Assembly (NCBI GenBank): GCA_018969615.1
Contig: JAGWYA010000001.1
Location: forward strand, 169,141 to 233,140
From: Patescibacteria group bacterium
GTDB taxonomy: Bacteria > Patescibacteriota > Minisyncoccia > UBA6257 > 02-FULL-45-10c
Direction: 5' to 3'
Length of the DNA stretch: 64,000 nucleotides
Under the pieces are notes generated by a model that saw only the letters and a program-made list of their open reading frames with translations, had not been told where the DNA came from and searched no databases. Positions 57,469 through 64,000 of this stretch are shown here, piece by piece; within the stretch, counting starts at the first letter, position 1, and every line of letters starts with the position of its first letter. The translations under genes and the position numbers were made by a program.

Positions 57469-57540
57469 GCCACCCCTACTCCCCACTACCTACTGCCTAC
57501 TCCCTACTTACTATTTAGTTCGTATGCACGTAATAATACA
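57469..57540. repeat. Element arm, site 3 right. Minus-orientation words CCACCCCTACTCCCCACTACCTACTGCCTACTCCCTACTTACTATT, running into the 3' end of gene 57515..58801.
   Basis: Reverse complement matches the plus-orientation array at 56829-56904. Confidence 0.6.
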
Positions 57541-58801
57541 CATCCCCCCAGTGCATCCAGCCGAGATCGGCATCATCCCAAGACCAACCGCTGAAGCGCC
57601 CTCCGGAATCGATCGAGACGCCATAGCTGCTGTTATCAAGCGCGGTGCCCGCCAAATGGATCCAGCTCCCCGATCCCATCACCTTCGCCCAACCGGTCAG
57701 CGTTTTCGGGAACGTGCCGGTCAATCCGCCGGGGATCGTCGCATTACAGGTTCCGCTCGGGCAACCCACCAGATCGGATGCCGTAAAACTGATCCAACCG
57801 AGAACATCCGACCAGGCATAGCCGTCCATCACGCCGGTCGTCGCGTTCACCGTCACACCGTAATTCGATGTCCCGCAACTCCCCTGATTGGAACAACTGA
57901 AGCTGATCCAGCCGAGATTCGAGTACGCCCATCCGGAGATCGCGTTCGTACCGCTCTGCGTCAGAATGCCATACGCCACTTCACTCAGTGATTCCACCTT
58001 CACTTCACCGGTCGCCTGGTTCACATCGAGGATCGCCTTCAGTTGGTGCGTGCGGTTCTGCATGCTCCCCAGCGAAATGATCTGGTCCTTGTTCAACCCG
58101 ACGCAATTCGGCGCCGGCTGGTCCGCGCACACGGTCACGTTTGCGATACTGCCGTCGGGGAATGACAGTGCATATTGGCCCGAAAATGTTTTATCGCGCG
58201 CGATCCGCAGCATTGCATCCTGGATCCCTGATTGCGCCGCCGCGAGCGCCTGCGCGTTCAACCGCGCATTCAGCTCCGTTTTACTGGTCAATGCATTGCC
58301 CACCAATAACGCGACCGCGATCTCAATAACCAGCCCGCCGATCATGATGACAAGCGGCAAAGCGGCGATGCCCCGCTTTGCCCGTAGTCCGTGGGCAGTA
58401 GGCAGTGGAGGAAAAGATACTTTCAGGCTCCGAAGTTTTCTCAAAAGCACATTCAGCATTTTCATAACCATCTCAAGAAGTTGCTCAACTTTTTTATATT
58501 CACTTTCATTCATAAGCATGTTCCGCTTTGCTATCTCAAGTTGAGTCTCCAGTTCAGCGCCGGAACCAAAAGCGATAGATAAGAATTGAATATACGATCC
58601 GTCAGAATTCCTTCGGTATCCTTCAGCAATATTCGAAGGAATAGAAACCGCCGCACGACGCATCTGAGACACAAGACCGAATCGCTCACTATCAGGAAAC
58701 TTATTTGTCAGCAAATAGATCTCATCAACAAGATCGATGCTCTTCTGCCATACGGTTAAGTTTTTATATGTTTTCAGTTCCATAATCTGTCTATATATCA
58801 T
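57515..58801 (-). CDS. In-frame fusion. N-terminal four-helix-bundle protein of the 23S-rRNA-intervening-sequence family (about 127 aa) joined to an atypical prepilin-like TM segment and a roughly 280-aa secreted domain ending in a GW-rich module shared with 62635..63918.
   Basis: GGGAGGT RBS plus ATG at 58799-58801. Residues 1-127 MIYRQIMELKTYKNLTVWQKSIDLVDEIYLLTNKFP...IAFGSGAELETQLEIA are typical 4HB (PF05635-like). No stop before KRGIAALPLVIMIGGLVIEIAVALLV. C-terminus GWISFSCSN...CG..NYG...GWISF...GWMHW. Confidence 0.6.
   Translation of the reverse strand: MIYRQIMELKTYKNLTVWQKSIDLVDEIYLLTNKFPDSERFGLVSQMRRAAVSIPSNIAEGYRRNSDGSYIQFLSIAFGSGAELETQLEIAKRNMLMNESEYKKVEQLLEMVMKMLNVLLRKLRSLKVSFPPLPTAHGLRAKRGIAALPLVIMIGGLVIEIAVALLVGNALTSKTELNARLNAQALAAAQSGIQDAMLRIARDKTFSGQYALSFPDGSIANVTVCADQPAPNCVGLNKDQIISLGSMQNRTHQLKAILDVNQATGEVKVESLSEVAYGILTQSGTNAISGWAYSNLGWISFSCSNQGSCGTSNYGVTVNATTGVMDGYAWSDVLGWISFTASDLVGCPSGTCNATIPGGLTGTFPKTLTGWAKVMGSGSWIHLAGTALDNSSYGVSIDSGGRFSGWSWDDADLGWMHWGDVYYYVHTN
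58382..58407. repeat. Left inverted arm of the 4HB cassette (CGTAGTCCGTGGGCAGTAGGCAGTGG). It lies inside the coding frame, encoding LPTAHGLR.
   Basis: Reverse complement of 58843-58874 (GTAGTCCGT identical, then GGCAGTGG words). Confidence 0.65.
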
Positions 58802-58807
58802 ACCTCC

Positions 58808-58874
58808 CTACTGCGCACGATCTACTTTTCTACTTTCTATTTCCACTGCCCACTGCCTACTCTCTACGGACTAC
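58808..58874. repeat. Right inverted arm of the 4HB cassette (...CCACTGCCCACTGCCTACTCTCTACGGACTAC), overlapping the stop of 58871..59809.
   Basis: See the left arm. Together the arms bound a roughly 390-bp segment of visibly lower GC (about 40% vs about 58%). Confidence 0.65.
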
Positions 58875-59809
58875 TTGCTAAGCCCTATCGAAACACTATC
58901 CACTTGCGGCGTGGCGTTTGCGGTATCAAAAATGATCTTGTACCGGAAATAGCGCGCATTGATATAAGGAGATGCCGGGATCGGAACCTGCACATTCGGT
59001 CCCGCGGGCTCCAGAAGCGATCCGTAACTCCATGGACCGCCGGAACTGTTCGAGGTCGCGATCTCAAATCCCACTTTTGATCCGCTCGGCTGGGTCCCCT
59101 GCCAGATAAAATAATTATACCCTGCTCCGTTCGTTTCCTGCGTATCATACGTGCTGGAAACCACTTCACACTGCTCGGAAGCGGCGTTACAGGTCGTGAG
59201 CGACGGCAAGATCGATCCCGGCGTACCGGTATAATTGACATTCGCTGATGAAAAAAACTGACCGTTCGTACGCGTGATCGGTCCCGCTTGTCCCGACCCG
59301 TTAGACCAATCGGTCTGCGTCACGGCGAACGACTGCCACCGCGTCACATAAAAAGAAGTGGAAACGGTCTGTGCGGCGCCCAAGACCGGGAACGAGGTCG
59401 TCACGGTTACCTTCCGGGTATAGGGATCATCCCCGCTTGAACTATAAGTGGCATCGATCAACCCCGCGGTCCGGGAAACCGGGTCCACATAAAACGAGCG
59501 CGTGAACGAAATATTATTCACCGTGACGGTCTCAGGGCCGACAGCGGATGCCAGAACCCCGCCGGTATTCGTCAGATGATAGGTGTTCGCCGAGCCCGTG
59601 GTCAGCGCATACAGATCGGGCCAATTCCCGCCTGAAAATGAACGCACCTCATCGCCCAGTGAATTATTGACGATCGTTGCGCTCTGACTCTTCGTATTGA
59701 ATTCATTGGTGCGGACGCTCACCACATACGCGCCGCCGATCCCCGTCAAAACCAGCGCGCCGATACCGAGCGCCACCAATACTTCCACTATTGACTGTCC
59801 GCTTCTCAT
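58871..59809 (-). CDS. Type IV pilin/pseudopilin-like protein (class III signal peptide).
   Basis: MRSGQSIVEVLVALGIGALVL: G then QSIVE with Glu at +5, and a hydrophobic helix. Ser/Thr/Asn-rich secreted domain. Confidence 0.7.
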   Translation of the reverse strand: MRSGQSIVEVLVALGIGALVLTGIGGAYVVSVRTNEFNTKSQSATIVNNSLGDEVRSFSGGNWPDLYALTTGSANTYHLTNTGGVLASAVGPETVTVNNISFTRSFYVDPVSRTAGLIDATYSSSGDDPYTRKVTVTTSFPVLGAAQTVSTSFYVTRWQSFAVTQTDWSNGSGQAGPITRTNGQFFSSANVNYTGTPGSILPSLTTCNAASEQCEVVSSTYDTQETNGAGYNYFIWQGTQPSGSKVGFEIATSNSSGGPWSYGSLLEPAGPNVQVPIPASPYINARYFRYKIIFDTANATPQVDSVSIGLSK

Positions 59810-59824
59810 GAACTTATTCTAACA

Positions 59825-60005
59825 TAGGCAGTAGTGAGTAGGCAGTTGGCAGTAGGGATAGTGAGTAGGAAGCAGAACGTGGGCAGTAGAAATAGTAAGT
59901 AACGAGTAGGCAGTGGCGCGTAGAAAGGATGAGATACAAAAATTCCGACGAAGAGTCGGAATTTTTTACTACTGCCTACGTGCTACTTTCTACCTACTAT
60001 TTCGT
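59825..60005. repeat. Palindromic intergenic element, site 4 (empty). A plus-orientation word array (59825-59927: ATAGGCAGTAG TGAGTAGGCAGT TGGCAGTAGG ... GTGGGCAGTAG ... AGTAGGCAGTGG), a central terminator hairpin TTCCGACG-AAG-AGTCGGAA plus T6 (59943-59967), and minus-orientation words (59968-60005).
   Basis: Read directly. One strand is almost devoid of C outside GCAG. Confidence 0.75.
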
Positions 60006-60308
60006 CGGAGCTGTAAGGCTTTGGAGGATATTCTGCATTTGCTGAGGCGTCGGAGCCTGAACCGTACTCGTCGCGCTCGGCGCCGGCGCATTGATGGATG
60101 CCTGGATCTGTGCCTTCTCTTCCGGCGTTAACTGCGGCGGAGGAAGCGTCGGGCTCGTGAATCCCGGCGGTATCCGATTCGAAGACCGCGCCCACTCCGA
60201 CTGCCACCAGCCCACCAGCCATGACCCCGCCGCCAGGATCGCAGCGATCACCAATAAAACACTCAGCTGTGTGCGGTATTTTTGGAAATAAGTGATGGGC
60301 TTATCCAT
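59997..60308 (-). CDS. Small membrane-anchored Pro/Ala/Gln-rich protein.
   Basis: Start at Met7 (MDKPITYFQKY). 1 TM then a low-complexity tail. Confidence 0.5.
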   Translation of the reverse strand: MDKPITYFQKYRTQLSVLLVIAAILAAGSWLVGWWQSEWARSSNRIPPGFTSPTLPPPQLTPEEKAQIQASINAPAPSATSTVQAPTPQQMQNILQSLTAPTK

Positions 60309-60315
60309 GTTTCCG

Positions 60316-62469
60316 CTAATTAACATCCATTAACGTCAATGACGATCGCATTCTTGCTGACCAAACATTACCGCTGGCATCGCTTCCCAGCGCGTTAACT
60401 TTCAAAGCAGCGCCCTGTGGAGAATCTACTTGTATCCGATATGTCACTGGGCTCGCAGTCCCCGGAGAATCTAAATAAATAGCTGATCCTTCCTTATTAT
60501 TATTTGGGTCGGATGATCCTCCGTAGAAACTTGGCGAAGAAACGCTGAGATACCCAGTTACTGTAGGCGGAACTGCTACAACCGTATCTACGCCGCCAAC
60601 ATTCCTAACAATTCTATAATATCCGGCGTCAGCTCCACCCATTCCAATATTCACATTCGCCATCACGAGTATCCTACTCGACGCCGAATTCGGCGTTATC
60701 GTTTCAGAAAAACCAGTGACATCAACCCATGTTGTCGACGTAGTCGAAAACACAGTCATGAACTCATTTGATACAACATTCATAGAACTCATGTTTCTCC
60801 CACTAACATTCAGATCCCCATTTACCGACAAATTCCCCTGCACTCCGACGTCGTCATAGAATTGTGCATTTCGGCTCACGCCCAAACGCCCGGTCGCAAG
60901 AATATGCGACATCGGAACATAAAAGACGCTGTTCAATGTAGTCACGTTGCTTGGATCACCAATACCGTCAACAATATAGACATAGCCATTGACGATCGTC
61001 GCTGCAAAATTACGTATATTCGCCGGCATATTCGTTGAAGAGCTCCAAGCGCTGTCCATCGTGCCGTCGCTGTTGATATGAATATAATAGACTGATGAAT
61101 ATGAATAGCTTCCGGTGCAGTTATTGCAATCACCGCCAAGCACATAGAGATCGCCGTTTGATGCAACCGCAGCGCCTACGCCCCGAGGACTTGGAAGCGA
61201 CGTAGTATTACCCCATGCGCCGAGTCCTCCATCCGGTTCGATCTTTGCATAATAGCCGGTCGCTTGATATATACTCGATGAATCCCACCCGCTGATCACA
61301 TACACATACCCGTTCACGACAGCGCCCTCGGCGCCATTTCTAAATGTAGGAAGCGGCGTTGTCGTCCCCCACGTACCAACCGTCCCATCACTGTTCACTT
61401 TTGCAGAATAAACCGTTGTCGAACTGCCGCCGCCGATCTGGCCGCTGATCACGTAAATATAGTCGCCCGCGGTAACAACTACGCTCTCGCTCGCGGTAGC
61501 GGGCAGCGCCGTTGTCGTTCCCCAAGCTCCCAACGTTCCGTCGCTATTTACTTTTGAGTAATAAACGGTATTGTAACCGCTGTCTAGCATATAGATGTAA
61601 CCGTTCAACGTCACCGCAACACCGCCTTCCGCGACCGGCAAGGCGCTTGTTAACGTCCATGTACCAGGGGTTCCGTCGTTCCCAATTTTTGCATAGTATA
61701 CCGTGGTCGAGTTAGTACCGCTGACGTTCCCTCCAATGACATACAAATAACCATTCACGGATACGAGTCCGTTGCCATAGCGCGTATCGGGAAAGTTCGC
61801 AGCAGTCGTCCAAGTTCCTAGATCCCCTGTTGTGACAGGTGTATTCGTATTATAGATATTTGATCCTAACGTTGACCACCCTCCGCCTCCCGATGAAGCT
61901 GTCGTCTGCGTGGTGCCGTCGGGGAATTTGAATCCGCCGGTTTCTGAATAAATAATCCCTTTCACATCCAATGCCGAGTTCGGCGTTGTCGTCCCGATGC
62001 CGACATTGTTATTGGACTTAAGGATCGTCAATGGATGACTTGAAGTGCCGTAATTAAAAAGGGAAAAATCTTCATTGCCCGATTCATTCCCTAAGCCCAT
62101 ACCCCACTGACCGTTGCCCGCAGTGAGGAATTCAAGCCAAGCGATATAGCTGCTGTTATTTGTTCTATCCAAATTAACCCATGCATTCGCACTGCTAGGA
62201 GCGATCACCAATGCCTGTTGCGGAGTCGATGTCCCGATGCCGACATTTCCTAAACTCACAATAAGTCCATTCGCCGCGCCGCCGGTGTTCAAAATGAGGC
62301 CGCCGGCTTTCGTTTGGCCGGTCGCGCTCACATCAAGCGGCGCCGATACGTTCCCGCCTGTCGGCGCCACCGTCGGTTCTGTCCACGAGGCAAAAACAAC
62401 ATACGCCGATGCGAGCAATAAAGCACTTACCAGAAACATTTGGATCGTTTCACGAAGAAAGCGTTTCAT
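60316..62469 (-). CDS. Secreted fiber-repeat protein with a six-blade Kelch-type beta-propeller and a C-terminal beta-sandwich domain.
   Basis: Signal peptide MKRFLRETIQMFLVSALLLASAYVVFASWTEP (same N-terminal pattern as the giant protein), GNVGIGT(S/T)TP repeats, then six units of ...NGY.YV(I/L)GG...VYY(A/S)K(I/V)N.DGT.G.W... . Confidence 0.75.
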   Translation of the reverse strand: MKRFLRETIQMFLVSALLLASAYVVFASWTEPTVAPTGGNVSAPLDVSATGQTKAGGLILNTGGAANGLIVSLGNVGIGTSTPQQALVIAPSSANAWVNLDRTNNSSYIAWLEFLTAGNGQWGMGLGNESGNEDFSLFNYGTSSHPLTILKSNNNVGIGTTTPNSALDVKGIIYSETGGFKFPDGTTQTTASSGGGGWSTLGSNIYNTNTPVTTGDLGTWTTAANFPDTRYGNGLVSVNGYLYVIGGNVSGTNSTTVYYAKIGNDGTPGTWTLTSALPVAEGGVAVTLNGYIYMLDSGYNTVYYSKVNSDGTLGAWGTTTALPATASESVVVTAGDYIYVISGQIGGGSSTTVYSAKVNSDGTVGTWGTTTPLPTFRNGAEGAVVNGYVYVISGWDSSSIYQATGYYAKIEPDGGLGAWGNTTSLPSPRGVGAAVASNGDLYVLGGDCNNCTGSYSYSSVYYIHINSDGTMDSAWSSSTNMPANIRNFAATIVNGYVYIVDGIGDPSNVTTLNSVFYVPMSHILATGRLGVSRNAQFYDDVGVQGNLSVNGDLNVSGRNMSSMNVVSNEFMTVFSTTSTTWVDVTGFSETITPNSASSRILVMANVNIGMGGADAGYYRIVRNVGGVDTVVAVPPTVTGYLSVSSPSFYGGSSDPNNNKEGSAIYLDSPGTASPVTYRIQVDSPQGAALKVNALGSDASGNVWSARMRSSLTLMDVN

Positions 62470-62480
62470 ATGTTTAGTAT

Positions 62481-62638
62481 AACATAGGAATAGTACGTAG
62501 GAAGTAGCACGTGGGCAGTAGAAATGGTTAGTAGTAAGTGGCTCGTAGGCAGTGGGGATAGTCCGTAGTAAGTTGGCAGTGGTACGTAGAAAAAATTCTC
62601 TACTGCCTACTCACTACGAGCCACTCGCTACTATCTAG
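62481..62638. repeat. Palindromic intergenic element, site 5 (empty). Plus-orientation words (62481-62590: ...GTAGGAAGTAGCACGTGGGCAGTAG...GTAAGTGGCTCGTAGGCAGTGG...GTTGGCAGTGG) then minus-orientation words (62600-62638: CTACTGCCTACTCACTACGAGCCACTCGCTAC).
   Basis: Arms share a 12-nt exact inverted core CTACGAGCCACT / AGTGGCTCGTAG. Confidence 0.75.
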
Positions 62639-63918
62639 TTCACTCTCGCCCCATAGCTCACGCTTCCGCAGGCGCTGGTATTACTACAATTAAAGCTCAA
62701 CCATCCAAGCGTCGTCGAGTCCCAGCCCCAGCCTGACAGCGTTCCATTTGCAGCCAACGACACGCCGTATGTACTTGCATTCTGCGCCGTCCCACTTAAA
62801 TGGAGCCAACTTCCCGTCGAGATGATCTTCCCCCATCCGGTCATTGCCGTCGGGAACGGACCCGCAAGACCGTTCGTGATCTTCGCCACACAATTCCCGC
62901 TCGGACAGCCGGTGAGATCGTTCTGATTGAAATCGATCCAGCCGATCGTCGGCGACCACGCATACCCATTCAGGATCCCCGTGCTCGCATCAGCGTTCAC
63001 GCCATAGTTCACCGTTCCGCACGTTGTCGTATTACTGCAATTAAAACTGATCCAGCCGCTGTTCGACGACCAGGCAAAACCGGACATCGGCACATACGTC
63101 GTATTCACGGTCAGAATAAAATTCGCGGTTGTGGTCGCGGTCCCATCCCCGATCTGCACGGGCAATGTCACGCTTCCCGACGGCGTTGAAATACTTGTCG
63201 TTAAATTCAAGGTAGCGCTGCAATTCGGCGTACACGTCGCCGGATTAAACACCGCCACGACACCGCTCGGCAAATTACTGACGGAAAAGGCACCCGCATG
63301 CGGGATCCCCGCAGTAACGGTCACGGTCGCGGTTGTTTGCGTCGATCCGCCCGCCTGTATCGTCGCGGTCGTCGGCGACAGGCTCATCGTCAATTGTTCA
63401 CCCGATGCGCTCTTTGAGGTTGTGATCAATCCGCTTCCGCTTAAAACCGAAATATATCGGACGATTGACGTGTCGGCCGTCAACGCCAGCGTGATCCCAT
63501 GATCTATCGCCGGGATCCCGGTCACTTTCGGAAAGTCGATCTCTTCCGTATTTCCCTGCGCCGGAGTCAAAAATTCGACCGACTTTGGCAAATAAACCGT
63601 ATCAGTCACCGTTCCGGTCGCATACGAATCTCCGTAAAAAACCTTATAATAATGGCCCCCTACTGCCGGCGCGGCATCCAAATAAACCCCCCAGGCGGAA
63701 TTCTCATACTGCGATTGCGCATTCTGCTGCGCAGCGACCAAATTATCCTGAAGCTGTTTCGCAGCGGCATCCAGCTCAGTGGTCGAACGGAACACCGTCG
63801 GCAAACTCATAACCGCGGCGGTACCCAAGATCGCCGTGAGCGCCGTAACGATAACGATCTCCAACAGCGTGAAGCCGGCAACGTGCTTAGTCCGCAAGGA
63901 TGATCTTTTAGGCGTCAT
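62635..63918 (-). CDS. Type IV pilin-like protein with a large C-terminal domain ending in the GW-rich module shared with 57515..58801.
   Basis: MTPKRSSLRTKHVAGFTLLEIVIVTALTAILGTAAV is a canonical prepilin leader (G then FTLLE, Glu at +5). C-terminal module GWISFNCSN..CG.VNYG...GWIDF...GWLSFNCSN. Confidence 0.8.
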   Translation of the reverse strand: MTPKRSSLRTKHVAGFTLLEIVIVTALTAILGTAAVMSLPTVFRSTTELDAAAKQLQDNLVAAQQNAQSQYENSAWGVYLDAAPAVGGHYYKVFYGDSYATGTVTDTVYLPKSVEFLTPAQGNTEEIDFPKVTGIPAIDHGITLALTADTSIVRYISVLSGSGLITTSKSASGEQLTMSLSPTTATIQAGGSTQTTATVTVTAGIPHAGAFSVSNLPSGVVAVFNPATCTPNCSATLNLTTSISTPSGSVTLPVQIGDGTATTTANFILTVNTTYVPMSGFAWSSNSGWISFNCSNTTTCGTVNYGVNADASTGILNGYAWSPTIGWIDFNQNDLTGCPSGNCVAKITNGLAGPFPTAMTGWGKIISTGSWLHLSGTAQNASTYGVSLAANGTLSGWGWDSTTLGWLSFNCSNTSACGSVSYGARVN

Positions 63919-63940
63919 ACCTTATTAGCTTATCACAAAA

Positions 63941-63973
63941 ATAGGCAGTAGAAAGATAGTCGAACGTCGAATG
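63941..63973. repeat. Start of another plus-orientation word array (ATAGGCAGTAGAAAGATAGTCGAACGTCGAATG) at the window edge, upstream of the pilin-like gene.
   Basis: Read directly. Truncated by the window end. Confidence 0.5.
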
Positions 63974-64000
63974 TCCAATGTCAAAAGGAGGATGCCTTAG

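Noticed and set aside
57515-58801. Calling two separate genes (4HB and pilin-like) outright.
   Set aside because: There is no in-frame stop between them in the sequence as given, so I report a fusion and flag the alternative rather than splitting without evidence.
48605-62638. Possible CRISPR array, given the many short repeated words.
   Set aside because: Repeats are degenerate, variably spaced (0-15 nt), arranged as inverted arms and not as a direct-repeat/spacer array. No cas genes are nearby; the Cas4-like gene at 11690 is distant and solitary.

Overview
This 64-kb window (about 57% GC) is almost entirely coding and looks like a small-genome bacterium; a Patescibacteria/CPR-like lineage is an inference, not demonstrated. 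Most genes are on the minus strand. The housekeeping core is thyX (partial) with a dCMP deaminase, groES-groEL, rmuC, rpmA, nth plus a MutY-like glycosylase, nadK, msrB-msrA, an ECF sigma/anti-sigma pair, a TspO, a two-component system, class II RNR nrdJ, ftsA-ftsZ, ybeY, a YqeY-domain protein, rpsU, a HIT protein, hisS, lepB and pth. Three regions stand out.

1. 17.4-26.5 kb: two tandem MacAB-type tripartite efflux modules flank a P-type ATPase. One ABC ATPase carries an N-terminal YHS/TRASH metal-binding domain.

2. 37.4-39.5 kb: a single tRNA-Asn(GTT) with its own promoter sits in a repeat-rich non-coding island. There are three copies of a hairpin-dense 0.1-0.3 kb repeat, 40-bp perfect CATATG-centred palindromes with compensatory changes, and several decayed copies of the tRNA 3' end.

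3. 48.5-64 kb: a type IV pilus-like cluster with a PilM/PilN fusion, three prepilin-like genes, a roughly 1940-aa fiber protein, and a Kelch-propeller fiber protein. It is interleaved with a previously unrecognisable family of large imperfect palindromic intergenic elements built from C-depleted GTAGGCAGTRG words. Two of these elements carry cargo: a low-GC four-helix-bundle (rRNA-IVS-type) gene fused in frame to a pilin-like gene, and a HicAB toxin-antitoxin pair.

I found no CRISPR array, rRNA gene, transposase or integrase.
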